Shown in pieces: positions 1 through 8,839 of a stretch of DNA of 64,000 nucleotides; the first letter of the stretch is position 1; each line of letters starts with the position of its first letter. The stretch is from NCBI GenBank assembly GCA_963733035.1, contig CAVTBU010000005.1:480001-544000 (forward strand). The letters run 5' to 3'. Made by a program: the position numbers and the translations under genes. The notes under the pieces were generated by a model. It searched no databases and was not told the origin of the DNA. It saw nothing but the letters and a program-made list of their open reading frames with translations. The DNA is from Pirellulales bacterium. GTDB taxonomy: Bacteria; Planctomycetota; Planctomycetia; Pirellulales; PALSA-1355.

Positions 1-156
1 CAATCGCGAAATTCGTTCGCAAATAGCTGGTTAAAGTCTGACGCCGTTCGTAGTTAGGTGTGGTTGCCTGATTGTGCGACCTATAATTAAGGGGTCATTT
101 GCGTGACCTTGAACCGTCATCCTCCCCTGAGTCGTCGATTAAGGAGATAGTTACTC

Positions 157-732
157 ATGATGTTCACGAGCAAAATCCTGGTGTTCGCTCTGATGATGGC
201 GGTCGGCCCGGCCGCACCGCAGGTTTTGGCGGATGACCCCTCTGCAACGAAACGGACGGAACTCTACTACGTAGCTGCTGGCAAGACGTACAACATGCAT
301 GCGAACGACCATGCCCGCATGCTCGGCAAATACGCGGCAGCCACTGGCAAGCCCGTTCCCGCGGAAGTCGTACGCGAACACACCGCGGCGATTCGCGCAA
401 ACGTCGCCAACGCTCAGAAGGCCTATGCGAAGCTGGCTGAGTTCGCCAAAACAAATCCCGGTGTGGCCAAGCAACTTGCTGAGATCAACAAGCAACTGGC
501 CAGCGTCAGTCAGCAAGTGAAAGGCCTCGAATCGGATAATCAGGCCGACTCAAAACTCGTGCTGATGGCCACCAGCGCGATTTCGCAAGACCTGAAGACC
601 ACGCACTTGGCAAGCAAGGAAATTGATCGGGCCCTGGCTGCGTCGCAAGCGCAGGCACAGCAAACGAGTCGGTTCGACAACCTAGATTCCCAATCGTATT
701 ACTTCACGGGCGAGGGGCACTTCATCGATTAG
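157..732 (+). CDS. Hypothetical secreted alpha-helical protein
   Basis: AAGGAG RBS upstream of ATG; Sec-type signal peptide (KILVFALMMAVGPAAPQVLA); Ala/Gln/Lys-rich helical body. Confidence 0.75.
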   Translation: MMFTSKILVFALMMAVGPAAPQVLADDPSATKRTELYYVAAGKTYNMHANDHARMLGKYAAATGKPVPAEVVREHTAAIRANVANAQKAYAKLAEFAKTNPGVAKQLAEINKQLASVSQQVKGLESDNQADSKLVLMATSAISQDLKTTHLASKEIDRALAASQAQAQQTSRFDNLDSQSYYFTGEGHFID

Positions 733-873
733 TCGCTCGTTGCGATACGCGATTCCAACACCGCGCCGTCGCCGCACTCGCCGCGGCGGCGGCGGACTGG
801 CCGACGACATCCGTGGGAATGGGATGCCAACTCGGAAAACTCGATCCGGTTGAGAGTGCCTGTTTCTCAAGTG

Positions 874-2997
874 CTACTCCGCTCCTTTCGGTTCGGACCG
901 CGCAGCGCCGTTTGACTTTTCGTCCTTGTCGCTATCGGGCGGCTTCACCGAGCTATAGTCGATGTCCGCTGGTGGCGGGCTACCGCCCCGCCCCTGCAAA
1001 TAGTGCTTCATCCAGTTGAGCAACCGCAGTGCGTAATCCTGCCGCGCTGCGGCCTTTCGGTTGCCGTGGCCCTCGCCTGGGTAGAGCACTAGCCGCACGG
1101 GAACCTTGCCCAGGGTTTTCAAATAGCGATACAACTCCATCGATTGTGAAGGATGCACTCGCGGGTCGTCCTTGCCGTGCAAGATCAAGATAGGCGTCTT
1201 TGCCTCCGGCGTGAAGGTGATGGGACTGCGCTGGCGATAGAAATCCCAGCTTTCCCACGGCAATTTGCGGGAGTGCACCAGCAGCATCTCGTTTGGAATG
1301 TCGGTGGTACCGAACTTCGACACCAGATCACTGATGCCCACGAACATCACGCTGGCGGCAAAGTGATCGGTGAGTTTAGTGGCGCACCAGGCCGAGGCGA
1401 AGCCGCCATACGACCCACCGGTCACGCCAACTTTCGCTCTATCCACCAGGCCCGTCGATACGAGGTGATCGACGCCGTCGACCAGGTCGTCGAATTCCTG
1501 GCCGGCGTAGTCAGCCTGTCCCATCTTGGAAAACTCCACGCCGCGCCCCGTGCTGCCGCGATAATTGGGAAAGAATACAGCGAACCCTTCCGCCGCCAGC
1601 AATTGCCCGGGCTGCGAGTAGCGAGTCAGCCATTCGTGGCGGTTATGCGCTTCCGGGCCGCCGTGCACGACCATCACCAATGGATAACGATCGCCACTCT
1701 TTTCATTGAATGGCCGGATCAGCAGCCCCTGCAACTCAAGTCCGTCGCGCGCCTTGTATGTAACGATTTCCTGCGGCGCGAGGTTCACATCCGAAAGCCA
1801 AGGATTGTTGTCCGTCAGCCGTCTTGGGTCACCATCGCCCAGAGAGAGGGCAAATACCTCGATCGGATGCATTGGGCTGTCGCTTAGAATCGCGGCCTCC
1901 CGTCCGTCCTTCGACAGGCTCAGAGCGACGAACGCGTACTTGCCGTAGGGGATGAGGAGCTGTTGATCCTTGCCCTCGCGGCGCACGGTGGAGAGCGCCG
2001 ACGTGACGCCCTGGTCGGATAGAAATAGAATCGTATCGTTGTCTTGCCAGGCGAGATCGGTTACGTCGCCATCGGTAAGGCCGGGCAGCACGTCCACCGG
2101 TTCGCCTCCCGTAGCGGGTGCGATCATCAACCGCCCGGGATTCGGATCGTGAATGTCGGCACCAGCCAAGAGTGCGATCGACTTGCCGTTGGGACTCCAG
2201 CGGTACGGCCCCAGTTTGCCGGGATTCGCAACAATTCCGACGGCCGCGCCATCGCTTGCGCGGATCACGTGGATCTTCCGCTTCATGTAGTCGTCATCGA
2301 TCAAAGGCGTCGGCGCCACGCCCACGGCCAGATTCTCGCCGGCCGGGCTCCAAACCACTCCACTGGCATGTCCGGGTACTTCGAAACGAACCGGTTTGGA
2401 CGGTTCGCTATCGTCCCACGCATCGGCCATTCTCGGCTCGGCAATCCAGACGCGGTTGGGTTCCAGTTTTTCCTCATAGATCTGCTGATCGAATCCTTTC
2501 TCTTGCAATTCCTTCTTATCGGCCGGATCCTTGTCTTTAGCCGTGAACGCGACTTGCTTGCTATCCGGCGACCACGAGTAGTCGGCGATGTCGGTGTCGT
2601 GCTCGAGCACCTTCTGAGCTTCGCCGCCGCCGAGCGGTATCACATACAGCGAGCGTTGCTTATCACCATTGCGTTTCGTGAGAAATGAGACCCCGCTGCC
2701 ATCCGGTTTCCAATCGACGGCCGACACGTCGCTCGGCGCGGTGACGTACGCCCGGCTATTCCCCTGTTGGTCCACAAGATGCAATTCGGCGCGCGCCGGG
2801 CCGTTTTCGTCGACGAACGGCCGCCGGGGCACCGACAGCACATAGGCGATGTGTTTACCGTCGGGCGAGATCTTGGCCGCAATGACCGTCCTTAGGCGAG
2901 CCAAATGCTTCGCCGAAAAGTTCTCCTTTGCGGTCGCTGAGATGGCAGCGCTGAGTAACAACGCCAGAGACAGGCAGACGGCAGGGACCGTTCTCAT
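874..2997 (-). CDS. S9 family (prolyl oligopeptidase/acylaminoacyl peptidase) secreted serine peptidase
   Basis: Signal peptide; WSPD/WSPN propeller repeats; VHGGP, NYRGS, GGSYGG nucleophile, HGKDDPRV (Asp), EGHG (His). Confidence 0.95.
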   Translation of the reverse strand: MRTVPAVCLSLALLLSAAISATAKENFSAKHLARLRTVIAAKISPDGKHIAYVLSVPRRPFVDENGPARAELHLVDQQGNSRAYVTAPSDVSAVDWKPDGSGVSFLTKRNGDKQRSLYVIPLGGGEAQKVLEHDTDIADYSWSPDSKQVAFTAKDKDPADKKELQEKGFDQQIYEEKLEPNRVWIAEPRMADAWDDSEPSKPVRFEVPGHASGVVWSPAGENLAVGVAPTPLIDDDYMKRKIHVIRASDGAAVGIVANPGKLGPYRWSPNGKSIALLAGADIHDPNPGRLMIAPATGGEPVDVLPGLTDGDVTDLAWQDNDTILFLSDQGVTSALSTVRREGKDQQLLIPYGKYAFVALSLSKDGREAAILSDSPMHPIEVFALSLGDGDPRRLTDNNPWLSDVNLAPQEIVTYKARDGLELQGLLIRPFNEKSGDRYPLVMVVHGGPEAHNRHEWLTRYSQPGQLLAAEGFAVFFPNYRGSTGRGVEFSKMGQADYAGQEFDDLVDGVDHLVSTGLVDRAKVGVTGGSYGGFASAWCATKLTDHFAASVMFVGISDLVSKFGTTDIPNEMLLVHSRKLPWESWDFYRQRSPITFTPEAKTPILILHGKDDPRVHPSQSMELYRYLKTLGKVPVRLVLYPGEGHGNRKAAARQDYALRLLNWMKHYLQGRGGSPPPADIDYSSVKPPDSDKDEKSNGAARSEPKGAE

Positions 2998-3219
2998 GTT
3001 GGCTCCTTCAGTGTGGGCAAATCAGGGTGCATGGTCTGTTCGTGCCGACCGGTCGGCCATCGGCGTGCCTGAAAGTATAGCCCGCGAACCATCGGAACTG
3101 GACCCTGTCGCCGCGGCAACGCGGCGATTGATTGAGGCAAGTCCCTCGGCGTGGTATGTTCGCGGGGTGAACAGTTACCACGTCTGCTCTCCGCCGAAAA
3201 CAACCGAGGTATTGGCATC

Positions 3220-4473
3220 ATGACAAAGTTCTGTGCATGCGGCTTGATGTTGCTCGTGAACCTCGGGTCGAATTTGGCACGCGGTGAGGAGATCACCCCT
3301 GGTAATGACACGCGGCCTCCAATCGTCGTCTCGCCCGAAGCGCGCAAGATTCACGACGCTGCGATTCTAGTCGACGGGCACAACGATCTGCCGTGGGCCA
3401 TCCGAGAGAAAGGATCGTCGTCGTTCGAGAGTTTCGACATCTCGAAGAATAGACCAGAGTTGCACACCGACATTCCTCGGCTGCGCAAGGGTGGCGTCAA
3501 GGCGCAGTTTTGGTCTGTCTATGTGCCAGCCAGCACGCGCCTTGAGGGTACGGCGCTGCAAACCACGCTCGAACAAATAGCCATCGTGAAAGCGATGATC
3601 AAGCGATATCCAGACGTGTTCGAACTGGCGCGTACGTCCGCCGACATCAACCGAATCTGCAGCCAAGGTAAGATTGCCTCTCTGATCGGCGTCGAAGGGG
3701 GGCACTCCATCGAAAACTCGCTAGCCGTGCTGCGGCAACTCTATGCTCAGGGCGCGCGATACATGACGCTCACGCATTCCGATACGCTGGATTGGGCCGA
3801 CTCGGCCACCGACGAGGAGCGACACGGCGGGCTGACACCGTTCGGCGAAGAAGTCATCCGCGAAATGAATCGGCTCGGCATGCTAGTGGATTTGTCTCAC
3901 GTCTCGGTGGACACGATGAAGCAGTCGCTGCAAATTACTCAGGCTCCGGTGATCTTTTCGCACTCGTCGGCGCGGGCCATCGCCGACCATCCACGCAACG
4001 TGCCCGACGACGTGCTCAAGCTGACGGCCGAGAACGGTGGTGTGGTGATGGTCAACTTCTATCCTGGCTTCATCGTTCCTTCGGCGGCCAAACGAGGTAA
4101 AGAGGGGATTGGCGTGCTCCGCGAATTGCGAGCGAAGTACGGCAGCGATCGTGACCGCATTCGAGCCGAGTACAAAGCCTGGGCCTCCCGATACCCAGCC
4201 GAGCCGGGCACAATTCACCTGGTGCTCGATCATATTGACCACATTGCCAAAACGGCGGGCGTCGACCACGTGGGCATCGGCTCCGATTTCGACGGCATCG
4301 ACCGAGTCCCAATCGAACTGGAAGACGTCAGCACCTATCCGAAGATTACGCAAGGCCTGCTCGATCGCGGTTATGACGCCGTGGCGATCCAGAAGATTCT
4401 TGGCGGCAACCTGCTGCGTGTTTTGCACGACGCCGAACAGGTGGCCGAACGGCTCAAGTCAGAACAGCACTAG
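3220..4473 (+). CDS. Membrane dipeptidase (peptidase M19, renal dipeptidase family)
   Basis: DGHND, GVEGGH, DLSH, FSHS, HVGIGSDFDG motifs; GAGGT RBS before ATG at 3220; signal peptide. Confidence 0.93.
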   Translation: MTKFCACGLMLLVNLGSNLARGEEITPGNDTRPPIVVSPEARKIHDAAILVDGHNDLPWAIREKGSSSFESFDISKNRPELHTDIPRLRKGGVKAQFWSVYVPASTRLEGTALQTTLEQIAIVKAMIKRYPDVFELARTSADINRICSQGKIASLIGVEGGHSIENSLAVLRQLYAQGARYMTLTHSDTLDWADSATDEERHGGLTPFGEEVIREMNRLGMLVDLSHVSVDTMKQSLQITQAPVIFSHSSARAIADHPRNVPDDVLKLTAENGGVVMVNFYPGFIVPSAAKRGKEGIGVLRELRAKYGSDRDRIRAEYKAWASRYPAEPGTIHLVLDHIDHIAKTAGVDHVGIGSDFDGIDRVPIELEDVSTYPKITQGLLDRGYDAVAIQKILGGNLLRVLHDAEQVAERLKSEQH

Positions 4474-4661
4474 TCGGTGGCATGACGCCCGGAGCCCTGT
4501 GTCGCACGCACAAAGAGGCCGGTCACAGGCGTTCCCCAAAGTGTGGCGCCCCGCCAGATCAGCTTCGACACGGGCACGCGTGCTAGGTACGCTAGGAATC
4601 TGACGGGCACGGCCTGCGCCGCTTGGTGGCGAGAGGCGGACTCACCAGGGAGAACTGCGAA

Positions 4662-6389
4662 ATGCGACGACGATCACTGCAGGTTCTGAGAGATTTCATA
4701 CTGATCACGACGATCATATTCGCGATCAATTTCGTTTTCCGTCCGTCGTCCGCGCGGGCGATCGATGTGCCCGTAGAAACCAAATTTGTTGATCACTCGC
4801 TGATGGTCGCTCCCGAGTATCCGTGCACCTGGCCGACGTATCCGTTTCCTCGTTTTCAGATCACGCACCAGCGGACGATCGGCCCCACCTCGCTTTACAA
4901 TGTGGACGTGCTGCTGATCGACGGCAACACCGGCACGCAAATGGACGTGCCGCCCCACTCCGTCGCGCGGCCAGATCTGAAACGCGAGAAATCCGGACCC
5001 TATGGGCTGTCCTACACCGAAACAATCGAAGCCTGGCAATTCGGCGGCGAAGCTTGCGTCGTCGACGTGCGCGATCTTTTAGATCAAGCACCCAATGGCG
5101 TAAGTCCGCTCGTCAAACCCAAGCACGTCGAGCGATTTGAGCGACAACATCGTCGCCTGCAATTTGGTGACGTGGTGCTGTTTCGCAGCGGTTACACGGA
5201 CACATACTATCGTCCCTTTCCGGCCGGCAATCGGTTTGTTGCCGATGTCTTGGACCGCAAGGCGCCGGGCTATCCCGATCCGGACCCGGATTGCATGGAG
5301 TTTCTGGCTACTCGCGGCGTGATGACACTCGGCACCGACAGCGCTAGCATGGGGCCGCTGCCGGATCTGGCCGAACCGACACACTATGCCGGTTTGAAAC
5401 ATGGCATGATCTGGACGGAAAGTGCCACGAATCTGGGGGCGATTCCCTCGATGGGTGCCTTCTACTGCATGCTCGGCCCCAAGCATCAAGCCGGACCCTA
5501 CAGTGCCACGCGTGCCTTTTCGGTCGTGGGAGGTGAATTGCCGCGACGTCTCATCGAATCCGCGAAGAACAAGCGAGCAATCGACCTTTCGCCGACCCTC
5601 GCTCCAAACATGCCGCTTACCTCGCCTGGCGTCGGTACCGGACAGCACCGGCAGGTCTATCTGAAAATCGACTTCCTCTATTCCGAGTATCTCGACATGT
5701 GGCACCATGCCCACCTGATGGACTCCATGACCGGCACGCATCTGGTGCCGCCTTCATTCGCTCTACCACCACCCGGCGACAAGCCCGAGTACGCGCCCGA
5801 AGTACGCGGCTGGCTCGCGGAGTATGAACAACGATACGGCCAGCGTGGCGAGAGCGTACTCACGACTGAGAAGGTCCCACTCGAATGGACATGTGGGCCG
5901 GTGCGTGTGATCGATGTGCGCTCGCTCGTGGGCAGCACGACCATCGGCAGCTGGCCGACATCGCCGGAAATCACGCCCGCACACGTAAAAAACTACGAAA
6001 AAGTAAACGGCGAACTGAAGGCCGGCGACATCGTGCTGTTTCGCACCGGCCATCTCGACAAGTATCTCAAGCCCGCCCCAAATGACGCCGGCGTGTGGTC
6101 CGATCCCCTGCTTGGCAAGAGTGAGGGCTGGCCCGCCGCGGGCCCCGACACGATTATTTATTTGAAAGGTAGGGGTATTCGCTGCGTTGCCACCGACGCG
6201 CCCGACCTGGGAGGCGTCGATCCCAAGCGCGCGCTGTTTACGTACTGGGCACTCGGCAGCGGCGAGATGGTCGGCGTCGAGTTTTTGCATCACGTCGGTG
6301 AGATTCCCAGTGGCGGATTCTTTCTGTTCGCCCCGCTCAAAATCCGTGACTGTCATGGCGGACCCGGACGAGCAATTGTCCTATACTGA
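4662..6389 (+). CDS. Secreted tandem (two-domain) cyclase / kynurenine formamidase-like amidohydrolase
   Basis: Two copies of the cyclase pattern (GTQMDVPPH...GDVVLFRSG...LGTD...E; GTHLVPP...GDIVLFRTG...VATD...VEFL...GGPGRA); N-terminal signal peptide. Confidence 0.85.
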   Translation: MRRRSLQVLRDFILITTIIFAINFVFRPSSARAIDVPVETKFVDHSLMVAPEYPCTWPTYPFPRFQITHQRTIGPTSLYNVDVLLIDGNTGTQMDVPPHSVARPDLKREKSGPYGLSYTETIEAWQFGGEACVVDVRDLLDQAPNGVSPLVKPKHVERFERQHRRLQFGDVVLFRSGYTDTYYRPFPAGNRFVADVLDRKAPGYPDPDPDCMEFLATRGVMTLGTDSASMGPLPDLAEPTHYAGLKHGMIWTESATNLGAIPSMGAFYCMLGPKHQAGPYSATRAFSVVGGELPRRLIESAKNKRAIDLSPTLAPNMPLTSPGVGTGQHRQVYLKIDFLYSEYLDMWHHAHLMDSMTGTHLVPPSFALPPPGDKPEYAPEVRGWLAEYEQRYGQRGESVLTTEKVPLEWTCGPVRVIDVRSLVGSTTIGSWPTSPEITPAHVKNYEKVNGELKAGDIVLFRTGHLDKYLKPAPNDAGVWSDPLLGKSEGWPAAGPDTIIYLKGRGIRCVATDAPDLGGVDPKRALFTYWALGSGEMVGVEFLHHVGEIPSGGFFLFAPLKIRDCHGGPGRAIVLY

Positions 6390-6463
6390 TCGCTTGCGAT
6401 TCACCGACACGGTTGTGTGGCAAACATTCGCACACTCGATCTTACGACCAAGGCGGAATCTCA

Positions 6464-7759
6464 ATGGATCAGGAGTCCCTCGGGCGCACAACTTTGAAGA
6501 AAGTTGCCTGGAAGCTCGTACCGTTTCTCTGCGTGCTCTATATCGTCAATATCCTCGACCGTGCCAACGTCGGGTTTGCTCGCTTGAGCATGCAAGACGA
6601 TCTGGAGATGAGCCAGCAGATGTTCGATTTTGGCTACGGCCTGTTCTACGTCGGCTACTTGCTGTTCGAGGTACCCAGCAATCTGCTGCTGCGGCGCTTT
6701 GGCGCCCGCCGCTGGATCGCCCGGATCATGATCAGTTGGGGCGTGATTACGTGTGCCACGATGCTGGTCAACAGCGCGGGTACCTTCTACCTGGTGCGCA
6801 TTCTGCTGGGCGTGGCCGAAGCGGGATTCTTCCCCGGCATCATCCTCTATTTGAGCTATTGGTTTCCCGATCGTGAGCGAGCGAAGATGACCGCGTACTT
6901 CATGATGGCCATCGCCCTGGCCAGCATCCTCGGCAATCCCATATCGGGCTTCATCATGCAGTACCTCGACATGGCCGGGGGCCTGCGAGACTGGCAATGG
7001 CTGTTCCTTCTCGAGGGCATCCCATCGGTGGTTCTGGGGTTTCTCGTCTTCTTTTGGCTCACCGACCGCCCGGAGAATGCCGAATGGCTCGCGCCGGAGC
7101 AGCGCGATTGGCTCGTCAATCGTTTGCGACACGAAGAAAATGAACGCCAACAACGTCACGGCGCCGATCGGTTGAGCGCGATGTTGAATGGGCGTGTCTG
7201 GTTGTTGATCGCGGTCTACTTCACGGTGGCTGTCGGCGCCAATGCCAGTGGCGCCTACTTTCCGCAATTGATCCGGGAGCAATTCCAGCAGGCAAGCACG
7301 TTTCAGATCGGTTTACTAAGTGGCCTGCCCCACCTCTGCGCGGCCTTCGGCATGGTGCTATTCAGTATCAGTTCCGATCGCATGGGAGAACGTCGCGGCC
7401 ATGTCGCCGTCGCGGCGCTGCTGGCGGCGGCCGGCTGGGCGACCAGCGCCATGGCAACTTCGCCTGGCGTGGCACTCGGAGGATTTTGCCTCGCGCAACT
7501 GGGGATGATGAGCATGCTTCCAGTGTTTTGGACGCTGCCCACTGGCTTTCTAACCGGCGCCGCGGCGGCGGGTGGCATTGCCTTGATCAATTCGCTGGCC
7601 AACATCGGCGGGTTCCTCGGCCCGACCGTTCTCGGGCGATTTGGCCTGTGGGCGATGGTCGGAAACTTGTTGATGGGCGCGATACTGGTGTTGTTCGTCC
7701 GAGGCAACTACGGAAATACCTCGGCGGAGGAGGCACCCATCGGCGTCCCCGCCGATTGA
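6464..7759 (+). CDS. MFS transporter, anion:cation symporter (ACS) family
   Basis: LDRANVGFA, FEVPSNLLL..FGARRWIARIM, EAGFFPG, WQWLFLLEG, GIALINSLANIGGF motifs. Confidence 0.93.
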   Translation: MDQESLGRTTLKKVAWKLVPFLCVLYIVNILDRANVGFARLSMQDDLEMSQQMFDFGYGLFYVGYLLFEVPSNLLLRRFGARRWIARIMISWGVITCATMLVNSAGTFYLVRILLGVAEAGFFPGIILYLSYWFPDRERAKMTAYFMMAIALASILGNPISGFIMQYLDMAGGLRDWQWLFLLEGIPSVVLGFLVFFWLTDRPENAEWLAPEQRDWLVNRLRHEENERQQRHGADRLSAMLNGRVWLLIAVYFTVAVGANASGAYFPQLIREQFQQASTFQIGLLSGLPHLCAAFGMVLFSISSDRMGERRGHVAVAALLAAAGWATSAMATSPGVALGGFCLAQLGMMSMLPVFWTLPTGFLTGAAAAGGIALINSLANIGGFLGPTVLGRFGLWAMVGNLLMGAILVLFVRGNYGNTSAEEAPIGVPAD

Positions 7760-7783
7760 CGAACTACCGCAGCCAGACGATGC

Positions 7784-8671
7784 CTAGGGCTTGAACGCGA
7801 AGTTGACGGCCTCGACGTCCCGGTCGGCAACAGTCACGTCCTGCTGTTGCTTGCCGAGCGACTCGTGCCAAATCGCCAACGAGTATTTTCCCGCTGGAAG
7901 TCCCGAGATGGTGTAGTCGCCATTTTGATCGGTGACCGCGAAGAAGGGATGATCCATCACGAATAGATAGGCATGCATCCAAGGATGAATGTCGCACTGG
8001 ATTTCAATTTCGCGCTCCGGCGATTCGAATGTGCGCTCGCGGGGTCCCGATCCGGCCGGCTGGCCGTAATTGAACGCCCGATTCCGGATCGGAAACGAAC
8101 GGACGTTGTGCGTCACGGGATCATCGTTCAATACTCGCAGCGTTTGGCCGACCAACATGCCCTGCACGCGCGGGCGGTACATGCAATCCTTCTGGTCGAG
8201 CACGACGACGTCGTCGGGAATGGGATAGTCCTTCTTCGGTGCGCCGCGGCGAATATAAACAAACACGTTCTGCACGCCACCGTCGTCGCCAACAAGAAGC
8301 TCCTCGGACAGCACCGGATCGTCGCCATGTAGTTTGACGCACGTAGCGTCTTTGGACATGTTGATTGGGCGAGGCTTGGGCTTTGGACCGTCGAACCGTA
8401 CCCGGCCGCGCAACGTTCCGCCGCTGGCCGCTTGTTGCTCACGCTTCGCGGATGTTTTGACGCTGTCGGCGTGCGCAGCGACGTCAGATTGCCGCGTTGG
8501 CTGTGATTGTTCAGTCGCCGCTGCCGGCGGGCTTTCGTCCGGGTTGGCTTTGGGAGTGGAAGAACGGGTAACCGTAGTTGTCACTCGCGTTCCGCAGCCA
8601 ACCGACAAGACCAAAACGACAATCGACGGAAGAGCGAGCGACACGCGCCGCGGGCACCGGGAATGGATCAT
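7784..8671 (-). CDS. Lipoprotein with cupredoxin-like domain inserted in a carboxypeptidase-regulatory-like beta-sandwich
   Basis: Lipobox LSVGC; low-complexity linker; DQKDCMYRPRV, HNVRS and CDIHPWM (His/Cys/His/Met type-1 copper pattern); AVTDQNGDYTISGLPAGKY. Confidence 0.75.
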   Translation of the reverse strand: MIHSRCPRRVSLALPSIVVLVLSVGCGTRVTTTVTRSSTPKANPDESPPAAATEQSQPTRQSDVAAHADSVKTSAKREQQAASGGTLRGRVRFDGPKPKPRPINMSKDATCVKLHGDDPVLSEELLVGDDGGVQNVFVYIRRGAPKKDYPIPDDVVVLDQKDCMYRPRVQGMLVGQTLRVLNDDPVTHNVRSFPIRNRAFNYGQPAGSGPRERTFESPEREIEIQCDIHPWMHAYLFVMDHPFFAVTDQNGDYTISGLPAGKYSLAIWHESLGKQQQDVTVADRDVEAVNFAFKP

Positions 8672-8839
8672 GCTATTACTACTCAAAATGTCAGTGACAA
8701 CTAAGAAGAATGCTAACGTCGCTCACTCAGCCAGCCGAACGGTCGCCGGGCCGGATTGGTCGCCCGGTCTGCGCTCGGCCGCACGAACTTGATGCGGCCG
8801 GCGCAGCTCAGCAGGCATCTTGGAAAACGTTGCTGGCAA

